From contig NC_057720.1 in assembly GCF_004010195.1 (NCBI RefSeq), positions 16,766,485-16,786,484 of the forward strand: DNA of 20,000 nucleotides. Reading direction: 5' to 3'. Position numbers and translations under genes: made by a program. The notes below the pieces were generated by a model. It saw only the letters and a list, made by a program, of their open reading frames with translations. It ran no database searches and was not told the DNA's origin. Each line of letters opens with the position of its first letter. Within the stretch, counting starts at the first letter, position 1. This stretch comes from Chiloscyllium plagiosum (taxonomy: Eukaryota). This document shows positions 11,700 to 20,000 of this stretch, piece after piece.

Positions 11700-12957
11700 A
11701 GTACTAATCTAATTATGCAAGATGTAGATATAGGCGATGCTGTTCTGATTAAGCAACATCCTTAATGGCATAACCCTCTAAAGTTGGCACAGGTCAAAAG
11801 GAGATTGAACACATGCTCCCAGATGATAGAATTGAAGTAGGTTACAGTGACTGGAGCTCAACCATAGTAATGGTGCCAAAACCAGATGGTACCCAATAGT
11901 TATGTGTGGACTATTGCAAAATCAATACAGTTACAAAGACATTGCATATCTGATTCCGCATTTGGAAGACTGTGTTGCAAAGATGGCACAAGTACCTAAG
12001 TTGGACTTGTTCAGAGGTCACTGGCAGGTACCTTTGTCCAAAAGAGTGAAGGACAATTTCAGCTTTCGTAACTCCAAATGGACTGTATCAGTTTAAAGTC
12101 ATGGCATTTGGTATGAAAGATGCGCCAGCCACTTTTAAGAGACTTATCAATAACGTCATTGCCGGATTACCAAATTGTGTAGTTTGTATTGATGACGTGG
12201 TGATTCTTAGTTACACATGGAAGGAATATTTGCAACATTTATCAGAATTGTTTGATCGACTTCAGGAGGCAGGCTTGGTGATAAACCTGGCTAAAAGTGA
12301 ATTTGACAAAGCCAAATTCATCTTCCTTGGCCATATAATTGGACATGGATAAATGGTCCCTCGGAATGCAAAAACAAAAGTAATCGGGGAGTGTCTCATT
12401 AAAAAAAACAGTATTATGATTCCTGGGATCTTATTGAAAATTCATACCAAATTATATAGTGTGTCTGCTTCACTCACTGAATCGCAAAAGAAAGGCAAGA
12501 AGTTTCAGTGGAGAGTGAACTGTCAGAAGGTGTTTGACAGTCTGAAAGCTGTGTTAACCCCTGCCCTAGTATTAGCCATGCCTAATTACACAAAGCCAGT
12601 CAAAGTGACTATCAATGCGAGTGATGTGGGTGTCGGTGCTGTGCTCTTACCAGAAGACAATGAGTAAATAGATCTATTGGGTATTTCTCCAGGAAATTGA
12701 ACATTCATCAGCAGAAATATCCAACAGTTGAGAAGGAGACTTTGAACTTGATGTTGGCTTTACAACATTTCAGTGTTTATTTTACCAGTAATGTGTCTGA
12801 GACAATCATATATGCTTGTGGAAATTTGTGGAGAAATTTAATGATAAAAATGTCAGACTTTCAATGGAGCATGTTCATACAGCTATTCAATTTGAAAATT
12901 GTGCATATGGCAGGATAGGAAAACATGATTACTGATGCATTGTTGAGACTTGAATGA
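11700..12957 (+). pseudogene. Gypsy-type reverse transcriptase and RNase H remnant
   Basis: IKQHP, SDWSS..VMVPKPDG, KLDLFRGHWQVPL, MAFGMKDAPATFKRL, CIDDVVI (decayed YxDD), FLGHIIG. RNase H motifs NASDVGVGAVL, YPTVEKETL, ENMITDAL. Confidence 0.92.
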
Positions 12958-13139
12958 GAAATGGAGGTAATTGATGGCGGGGTAAAATATACTGATACAA
13001 AATGTAGTAGTGCATGTTTGCATGATTATTGTCAATGTAATGTGTATGGATGTTGTAGTGTATTAACAATTTAAGATTAAGGGGTTTTAAAATGGAGCTA
13101 TTTTGGATATTGATGGTTCATGTTTTTTAAGGTGGGAGG

Positions 13140-13834
13140 TGTGATAATGCTGCTCCTTTAACAAGGTAATGTTTTTTTTCCAGAGGAGTCGTAAACACAG
13201 AGACTCCAGGGGGTCTAGATTTGAAGCGTTTTAGGGCCAATTTGATTACAGCTAATAGATACTGCCTCAGGAAAAAGGTTTTCAAGTTTAAAAAAGCATT
13301 CGTACAATGAAAGGGGAGTGGGCCAGTTCTCGTGTCTCAGCTTTTCTCTGGTTTGGCTTGGTTTTGGCAAGCAGTCAGTTGGGAAGCTGCTAGATCCAAC
13401 GAAGCAGGTCCTCCCTGATGCTTCCTCTCTCTAGCATTTCTCCTGTGAGACCCTGTGTTTGATTTTACCTTTTTTGCCAAGGGGTGTTGATGGGAATTGT
13501 TGCAATTATTTGGAACAGCATCATTAAGTTGGGATAATCTGTTGGGTTTTTGGATAGGTTGTTATTCTATATTCTGTTCTCTTTTGTTTGTGATTCATTT
13601 GATAATCTTATAAATAACTTCTGTTTTAGATTAGATTTGATTGGATTCCCGACAGTGTGGAAACAGGCCCTTTAGCCCAACATGTCCACACCAATTTTGT
13701 TTCAAGAGAAGTGATTGGGCCAGCTGCATAACTCCTGCAATATCCACTTTACATCTGGTTAAAACAAATAGCAAAGTTAGCATCTGGGCTACTTTATTGA
13801 AACGTTTTGAGGGGGCCTGGCCTGGTCCATAACA
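13140..13834 (+). repeat. 3' LTR of Gmr1-like element (contains a small insertion)
   Basis: Preceded by PPT AAGGTGGGAGG (13129-13139). Runs TGTGAT...CCATAACA and is followed by TSD AAAC. Confidence 0.92.
13626..13692 (-). mobile_element. Short 3' tail fragment of a CR1-type LINE or CR1-dependent SINE
   Basis: 67 nt absent from the 5' LTR. Starts with (TTAGA)n, which is a (TCTAA)n tail on the minus strand, then cagtgtggaaacaggccctttagcccaac. Confidence 0.7.
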
Positions 13835-14022
13835 AAACATTTTGAACTAGACCCCAAATCCGAACGATTCAGACACAGAACCAGAAGTACATAAAACAGG
13901 GACACAGAAATACTAGGCTGGACAGACCATCAACACTTTATTGAAGATGCACTAACAATGTCACCTAACGAGGTGATGAAATATCTGCAGAAAAACACAC
14001 CAGCTTGGCAAATTTAATTTTC

Positions 14023-14680
14023 TGGACATGCTTCCAGTCATAGCTAACGATATCAGACTTTGGACGCAGAAAGCTCCAGTCATTCAAAACTGAAACAACC
14101 GGTTGTGATGGAGAAATGAAAGGGCCATCACGACGAGAATTGAAACCTGTTTGGACCCAGAGAGACCAGCTCACGGTAAAGCTCGACGTATTGATACTGG
14201 GAGCAAGAGTGATTGTCCTGGGCAAAGGTCGCCATCAAGTACTGTCTGAATTCCACCAGGCAAAAGTGAGGACTGCAGATGCTGGAGATCAGAGTCTAGA
14301 TTAGAGATGTGCTGGGAAAGCACAGCAGGTCAGGCAGTATCAAATGAAGGGCTTTTGCCTGAAATGTCAATTTTCTTGCTCCTCGGATGCTGCCTGACCG
14401 GTTGTGCTTTTCCAGCACCGCTCTAATCTAGACTCTGAATTCCACCAGAGCCATACAAGGGTCTCCAAAATGTTGTGGAGTAGTTATGTGTGTCGGCCAG
14501 GCCTGGATGCAGACATAGCTGTATTGGTGGGTAGTGCCAAGAGCGCCAACATGGACAGAAATTACCACTAACAGCTCCCTCACATCCATGGGAATAAATG
14601 AGTAAGCCTTGGACCCAGTTGCATTTTGACTGTGCATGTCCTTTCATGAGTTCAAAGTTCTTAGTCATTGTAGATGTGAG
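14023..14680 (+). pseudogene. Integrase N-terminal remnant of outer Gypsy element
   Basis: DMLPVIANDIRLWTQK, LGARVIV, VLSEFHQ|SHTRVSKM (split by the 14260 insertion), PGLDADI, SHPWE...KPWTQLHFD, FLVIVD. Confidence 0.8.
14260..14433. mobile_element. Palindromic Penelope-like terminal-repeat mini-element (second subfamily) inserted in outer Gypsy integrase
   Basis: 15-bp TSD TCTGAATTCCACCAG (14245-14259, 14434-14448). Arm tcagagtctagattagag...aggtcaggcagtatc is inverted relative to gatgctgcctgacc...ctctaatctagactctga. Partial hammerhead motif ATGA-A-GGGC-TTTT-GCCT-GAAAT-GTC at 14344-14368. Confidence 0.85.
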
Positions 14681-14860
14681 GTCAGGACCAGTGACGTAAA
14701 AAGTTCGGGTAGGTGCGGCAGTCCTGAATAAGCACGTGGGTCACATGAAGACTGCAAACTCACAAACAATACAGGAGCAAAATGTGCCCTACCCCTTGGA
14801 AAGGCTGCTGGAACCCATGGGTTCACCCTCCTCATCAAGAGTTGATGAGTCACAAATATA

Positions 14861-15342
14861 CATAAGAACTTGGAGCATTTAGTCCTTCGAGCCAGCTCCG
14901 CCATTCAGTAAGATCATGACTGATCTTTTCATGGTCTCAGCTCCACTTACTCACCCTCTCACCATAACTCTTAATTCCTTCATTGTACAAATAAATCTAT
15001 CTTAGCTTTAAAACCATTTCCTGAAGTAGAGTCAACTACTTCGCTGAGCAGGGAGTTCCATAGATTCACAGCCTTTTGGGTGAAGAATTTCCTTCTCAAT
15101 TCAGTCCTAAATTTTCTCTCCCTAATTTTTATGCTGTTCCCTCTTGTCCTCGTTTCACCTGCCAGTGGAAAATCCTCTCTACATCTATCTTATCTATTCC
15201 CTTCATAATTTTATGTTTCTATAAGATCCCCCCTCATTCTTCAAAATTCCAATGAATATAATCACAGCCTACTCAGTCTGTTCTCATAAGCCAACCTCAC
15301 AACTCCGGAATCAACCTAGTAAACCTCCTCTGCACCCCCTCT
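14861..15342 (-). mobile_element. CR1-type LINE 3' fragment
   Basis: Starts cataagaac (tail repeat TTCTTATG on the minus strand) and gctccgccattcagtaagatcatg (3'UTR). Reverse complement resembles the CR1 ORF2 end and the + strand copy at 17866-18540. Confidence 0.8.
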
Positions 15343-15584
15343 CATGCTAGTCGTCAGAATCTGAGATGGGCACAAGGATGTAGCTGCCTCAACACCTTTG
15401 CCACTGGAAGAAGAGTATGAAATTCTACCAAGGTGTTCCTTGCACAAGAGGCAAACTCCTGTGTGTTACATACTGCCCATATCAGATGCCAAGTCAGAAG
15501 ATTCTGACTTGATGCTAAAATGCCCCAGGAGGCTCTCCAAGATAAAGGACCAGCCTATGTCGTTGGACTGAGAAGGTGGTGGAA

Positions 15585-15741
15585 TGTAGTGATCATACCA
15601 TGGTCAACCAGCTGGACTTTAGAGAATGCGAGTTTCCTAATTGGGGCTGTTAATCTGATACAAGCAGGGAGCCCTGACTGACATATAAAAAGAGGAGTGC
15701 CAAACGTACCAATACTCTGAGAGCTGACTCTGAGTGAGGCA
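15585..15741 (+). repeat. Truncated 3' LTR of outer Gypsy element
   Basis: Follows purine tract AGAAGGTGGTGGAA. Homologous to 1282-1438. Homology stops at the Rex1-like fragment. Confidence 0.85.
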
Positions 15742-16052
15742 TGGACTCCTTGTGTGGACGCCCTAGTTACAAAGGCCCAACAACATCTTCTTCAGGCAGC
15801 TGACAAAATTTGGCATGACGGCAAATACCCTTGCCAACTTTTAGAGATGCGCCATCGAGAGCATTCTGTCTAGATGTATAACTACCTGGTATGGCAATTG
15901 TACCATTCAAGATCAGAGGTGGTTACAGACAGTGGTGAACTCGGCCCTGACAATCGCAAAGGCCAACCTCCCATCTATAGAATCCATCTATCAGGCCCAC
16001 TGTCAAGTAAAGGCCACTAACATTCTCAAGATCCATCCCACCCTGGCAATGG
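15742..16052 (+). mobile_element. Rex1/Babar-like LINE fragment (post-RT C-terminal region)
   Basis: Reads WTPCVDALVTKAQQ..., then KFGMTANTLANF*RCAIESILSRCITTWYGNCT...LPSIESIY...ILKDPSHPG (frameshifted), typical Rex1/Babar motifs. Confidence 0.8.
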
Positions 16053-16937
16053 TTGAACTATACTAACCCGTTAGTGGCACACAGTTTCTTGTGAGCCCCT
16101 ACAACTTCCAGAACATTTCCTAAGACCTGACTGCAGCACCTACCCACTTAATAACTCCACAAACCTGGACTAAGTTCCATCTACTCTTGGGACTGAATCA
16201 ATCTTTCCTGCACAGACTACATGTCTTGCTGAAAATCAGCACTCCGAACACTCCTAATTTTGGAGTCTACTGTCTGCCTTCTTCACACTTACTGATCTTC
16301 AGTTTCTAACTGGCTGCTTTGAACTCCTGTTGAGCAAACCGAAAACTGTCCTGAATGACCTGTTGAAAACCTTGCAATAAGCCTTTCCCCTATTGCCATA
16401 CAAAATTAAATGTTACCACTGAGCAGCTTTTGGAACTGTCAGTTTCACGTATGTTACCAGTCATAGATTGCTGGCTTGATCAGGATTCAGAGAAAGATAA
16501 AACTGGAGGATTTCATCTCAACTCTTGTGCAAACAATAATCGAACGGGCAAGTAAACCAAAAGAAAGCCCTCAAACGTGAACTGTAAAACTAAAAACAGT
16601 AACTGAAATCTCATTGAACTAAAATGTAATTCCTGGAATGTTTATCTTTTGTTTTCTTTGGAAAGTTTATCTTTATAAGTGCTTGTGGTACTTAATCACT
16701 CTGTGCCCAACACTTGGATATCCTTAGTCTTAAATAATAACTAATTAACATGCTATGAATATTATGCTCAGAATTTTCTAAGAATTAGTTTTTCATTTCT
16801 ATCCTGCCAGCAAAATGAAGATCAAGCGCAAATAAGTTAAATATTCATTTCAGAATTATGATTCTCAAAATCATCTGGCATTAATTGAGGCTGCTAAGTG
16901 TGATGAAAACTTTATTCACAGAACAACATATATCAGT

Positions 16938-17575
16938 TGTGGCAATACTATGGCTTTAAGAGGTTATTTTGTCATGGTTACTTTTAAGAGAGAGTTTGAA
17001 CAAGATGTGGTAAGCAATCTGTAAGAAAGTAAAGAGCTTGTGAGGCCTTGGGTTTTTTTCCCAAATTTTGAACAATAGAAGCAGCCTGCATGGGTGTGGT
17101 CAAGCTCCGACCCACAGAACTAGGACTTGTAGTTTTAGCGTTCAACAGAAGCTGCTGGGATTGTGAAAAAGCTGCCATGTCTCTCTTTGTTATAGCTGAA
17201 AACTGAAGTTCTTTCTCTCACAGAATCGTGTTTTAATGTTTTTTTCGCCTGAATTAGAGTTGCACATAAGACAATCTGTTTTCTGAATTTGCCTTTTTGC
17301 CAAGGGTGTGTTTATGGGATATCACTACATTGGAAAGGTTACTGTTTAGTAGTAAAATAATCTATTATTCTGTTAAGTTTTCCAATTATTATTCCAAGTT
17401 CCCCTTTCTTTTGTTGTTAACTATGGCATTTGAATAAATTAACATAAAGTAGTTTGATCAATCAAATGGCATCTGAAACATAGCACATCACATTTACCTT
17501 TAAAGTCAGAAGAAGTTAGGGTCTGGGCTACCTTCTTAATATATTTTGGTCCATGTTATGGTCTAGCCCATAACA
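16938..17575 (+). mobile_element. Solo LTR (638 bp), distantly related to the Gmr1-like LTRs
   Basis: TGTGG...CATAACA termini, 4-bp TSD CAGT (16934-16937, 17576-17579), AATAAA 17433-17438. Shares blocks ccaaggg..tgtttatggga, aagttag...tctgggctac and the CCATAACA end with the Gmr1-like LTRs. Confidence 0.85.
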
Positions 17576-17865
17576 CAGTTTTAAGCCAATTTCACTTCAG
17601 TCCAACTCCACAGCAAGAATGAGGATTTTCCTGGGTATAGTATATATATTGTATTGCAGTGATTCAAAATATCTTTTTAAATCTTACATTTTTTCCCAGA
17701 ATCTATTGGACCTCATTCTCCAAACACAGACTCAGTTTTTTTTGTCTACAATGTAAATGTGTCCTGTTTCTGAAATCATACCTGATCTGGCACTAGAAGA
17801 AAGCTAAATGACAACTTGAAGTTGGTTTAGACCTTTATACTCAATGTCCAAACTTCATGCTTAAC

Positions 17866-18540
17866 AGGGTGTCTTGTGCATGCATCACTGAAAACTAGTA
17901 TGCAAGCACAACAGGTAATAAGAAAAGCAAATGGAATATTGGCATTTATTGATAAAGGAATAGGGTGTAAAAGTAGTGAATTGTTGCTGCATCTGTGCAA
18001 GGCATTTGTAACATCACACCTACAGTATTGTGTATAATTTTGGATGTAGTTCCCTTGGAAGTCGTCAGAAGAGGTTTGCTAGATTGATTCCAGAAATGAG
18101 GGGATTGTCTTATGGGAGAGATTGAGCAGTTTAGACCAATACTGTCTGAAGTTCAGAAGAATGAGAGGAGACCGAAACAAGGTATATAAAATGAGAAAGG
18201 CAATTGACAAGGTAGATGTAGAGAGGATGTTCTTTCATAGAGCAATCTGAAACTACAGGTCAAACAGAGATGAGAAGAAATTACTTCTCTCAAAGGTTGG
18301 TTAATCTATGTAATTTGGTACCCCAGAGTACAGTGGATGCCAGGACATTGAGTAAGTTTAAGGACGGAGGTTTAAGGACAGATTTTTGATTAGTAATGGG
18401 TTGAAAGGTAATGAACAGCAGGCAGGAAAGTGGAATTGAGGCCAAGATGGGATTAGCCATGATCATATTAAATGACGGAGGAGGCATGAGTGGCGAAATT
18501 GCCTACTGCTGCTCCGAGTTAATATGTTCTTATGTTTTTA
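17866..18540 (+). mobile_element. CR1-type LINE 3' fragment
   Basis: Reads QVIRKANGILAFI.KGIGCKS..LLLHLCKAFVTSHLQYCV, RRFARLIPEMRGLSY, RRMRGD, NFFSQRLVNL. 3'UTR gcctactgctgctcc and tail tatgttcttatgtt. Confidence 0.85.
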
Positions 18541-19150
18541 TCACAACAAGCTGTAGCATTGATGATGGACGAGAAGTGCAAATTTACAATGAGCTATTTA
18601 CACTGCTCTTTTTTATCCACATTATTTTGATACAGTTTATAGTAAGAACACTCGAATATTATTGTCCAATATCTGACTTTTCCTTTGTGTGGCACAATTT
18701 TTGATATACAATTAATAACATCAAAGGTGAATTTAAAGCACAAGTCAGCATTGTGGGCAGAAATTGTACATTGAAGTTATTTTAATTACAATAACTTTAC
18801 AATTTGATTTTATCAATATGTGTTTTGCTTTGGAGCGTTCTCACATGCATAACAGGAACAGTGAGCACACTTATACCCAAACTTTTGAGCTGTTGAAATT
18901 AGTGGAAGACAAGTCTTGGGTTGGAACTGAGCAGGTGGCATTTGTCTGAATTCCAAATAAGCATTCCAAATGGAAATATCTCTGCCAAGGTCTTCTGATG
19001 CCAGCCTGTGGATTTTTGAGGGTTCTATTTCAAAGATAGATTTATTGGTAGTGTTTACTTAAGATTCATGTACTAATAAAATAGATAAATTGTAATATAT
19101 TACAAATGATTAATCATGTATAATTAAAAACAGTTTTTATTCTAAAACAG

Positions 19151-19231
19151 AATTATGCTTGAAGAATTTACATGCTTTGTCTTCTATTGGTTTGATAAAA
19201 ATGGATGAAGAGATCAATTTCAAGCCGACAG
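19151..19231 (+). CDS. HFM1: HFM1 internal coding exon, 81 nt, phase 1-1
   Basis: Bounded by aaacAG and GTgaaa. Translates (E)LCLKNLHALSSIGLIKMDEEINFKPT(E), resembling vertebrate HFM1 LCLKNLNDLSSLDLIKMDEGVNFKPTE as recalled. Confidence 0.93.
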
Positions 19232-19344
19232 GTGAAAATATCATTCCAAAAATTCTAATAAAATTTTGTTTTAATGAAAAATATCATAACAGTATTTATT
19301 ATTGATATTGTAATATATTAAAGCTTTTCCTTTATATTTAATAG

Positions 19345-19436
19345 AAACTGGGAGACTAATGGCTCGTTATTGCATTGCTTTCGACACAATGAAACTTTTC
19401 TACTTGGTCACTGGAAACGAAACTTTAAATGAACTG
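19345..19436 (+). CDS. HFM1: HFM1 internal coding exon, 92 nt, phase 1-0 (start of Sec63-like region)
   Basis: Bounded by ttaatAG and GTaatt. Translates (E)TGRLMARYCIAFDTMKLFYLVTGNETLNEL, matching the Ski2-like helicase T.xGR.xA.YY motif. In frame with the previous exon across a 113-nt intron. Confidence 0.93.
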
Positions 19437-19654
19437 GTAATTTGATAACTCATTCGAAGTAACAAATAAAAAGTTTTAATTTCAGATCCAAAAATGATGA
19501 TGCACCTATTTCAAATTGCTCATTTTAAATTTCTAGGTGGATCTGGAAAACGTAAATAATAATTTCACAGTATCTAAAGTAGACTTACTGTGATTATTTG
19601 GGTAGGGGAGCACATTGACAACTGAAGTCGGTTAACAATTTAGAGGTTTGGAAA

Positions 19655-19792
19655 AATAATCTGGCTGCATGAGTTCCAAGTCCCACCAAGCCAGCAAAGG
19701 CCCTTCAATGAACAAAAAAGAATTTCAAAATTTAAATTCAGTTAATGGTGACTGTGAAACTACTGTATTACAAATACAACGGGTTCACTAAT
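19655..19792 (+). mobile_element. Highly decayed SINE-like remnant
   Basis: B-box-like gagttccaagtccc, then aatttaaattca...taatggtgactgtgaaactactg...ggttcactaat, resembling an old shark SINE from memory. Truncated by a CR1-type tail (ttagagtcatagagatg) and the PLE. Confidence 0.4.
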
Positions 19793-19817
19793 ATTTAGAG
19801 TCATAGAGATGTTCAAG

Positions 19818-20000
19818 GAGAAAGTGAGGACTGCAGATGCTGGAGATCAGAGCTGAAAATGTGTTGCTGGAAAAGTGCAGCAGGTCAGGCAGCATCTAAG
19901 GAGCAGGAGAATTGACGTTTTGGGCATGAGCCCTTCTTCAGGAATGAGGAAAGTGTGTCCAGCAGGCTAAGATAAAAGGTAGGGAGGAGGGACTTGGGGG
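19818..20000 (-). mobile_element. Terminal repeat of a Penelope-like element running off the window end
   Basis: Near-identical to 3639-3753 but continues as unique sequence instead of folding back. Minus strand 19941-19914 reads CTGAAGA-A-GGGC-TCAT-GCCC-AAAAC-GTC (hammerhead motif with a G>A change in GAAA). Confidence 0.8.

Larger units (their letters stand above)
8758..13834 (+). mobile_element. Gmr1-like Ty3/Gypsy LTR retrotransposon (gag - [deleted] - IN - RT - RNaseH), decayed
   Basis: LTRs 8758-9397 and 13140-13834 both end CCATAACA. 4-bp TSD AAAC (8754-8757, 13835-13838). tRNA-Pro PBS and PPT present. Gypsy-type integrase lies upstream of RT. Confidence 0.92.
8178..14020 (+). mobile_element. 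5'-truncated Penelope-like element (RT C-terminus, linker, GIY-YIG remnant, terminal repeat), split by the Gmr1-type provirus into 8178-8757 and 13839-14020
   Basis: Reads LNYKSNHPSTHK*SCIKTL...NGYP...KVKDPTP...NVIYKIP...HEHQLA...FKWDNV...FLEA...IKK, then across the insertion HFELDP. Degenerate hammerhead-like stem gtcacc-taacga-ggtgat-gaaa near 13960-13981. Confidence 0.8.
1282..15741 (+). mobile_element. Old Ty3/Gypsy LTR retrotransposon (outer element of the nest), with PR-RT-RNaseH missing and 3' LTR truncated
   Basis: Two LTR copies starting TGTAGTGAT (1282, 15585), PBS-like TGGCAATGAG (1519), gag remnant 1598-2099, integrase remnant ~14023-14680, purine-rich tract 15571-15584. Confidence 0.85.

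Noticed and set aside
1..20000. Prokaryotic-type system (CRISPR array, retron, defence operon) suggested by multiple RTs and repeats
   Set aside because: Spliceosomal exons and vertebrate retroelements explain the window. There is no regularly spaced repeat-spacer array and no intact operon.

Overview
Eukaryotic genomic DNA, very probably from a cartilaginous fish (shark), judged from recalled repeat types. The window lies inside the + strand HFM1 (Mer3-like meiotic helicase) gene. Three short coding exons (124-171, 19151-19231, 19345-19436) splice in frame to ...GFSTGQGRAGFEAKLQ-ELCLKNLHALSSIGLIKMDEEINFKPT-ETGRLMARYCIAFDTMKLFYLVTGNETLNEL.... The ~19 kb intron (172-19150) is mostly a nest of decayed retroelements. 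An old Ty3/Gypsy provirus (LTRs 1282-1517 and 15585-15741) contains a full-length antisense L1 (11-bp TSD), a Penelope-like (PLE) RT/GIY-YIG fragment, and CR1 and Rex1-like fragments. The PLE fragment is itself split by a Gmr1-type Gypsy provirus (integrase before RT, tRNA-Pro PBS, 4-bp TSD). Two short palindromic PLE-terminal insertions carry minimal hammerhead-ribozyme motifs and 15-bp TSDs. A solo LTR, a further CR1, SINE remnants and another PLE end lie outside the nest. No TE ORF is intact and I see no wholly new gene system. The most unusual signal is the repeated fold-back, hammerhead-bearing PLE mini-elements with shared junction geometry. Family names come from motif recognition, not database searches.
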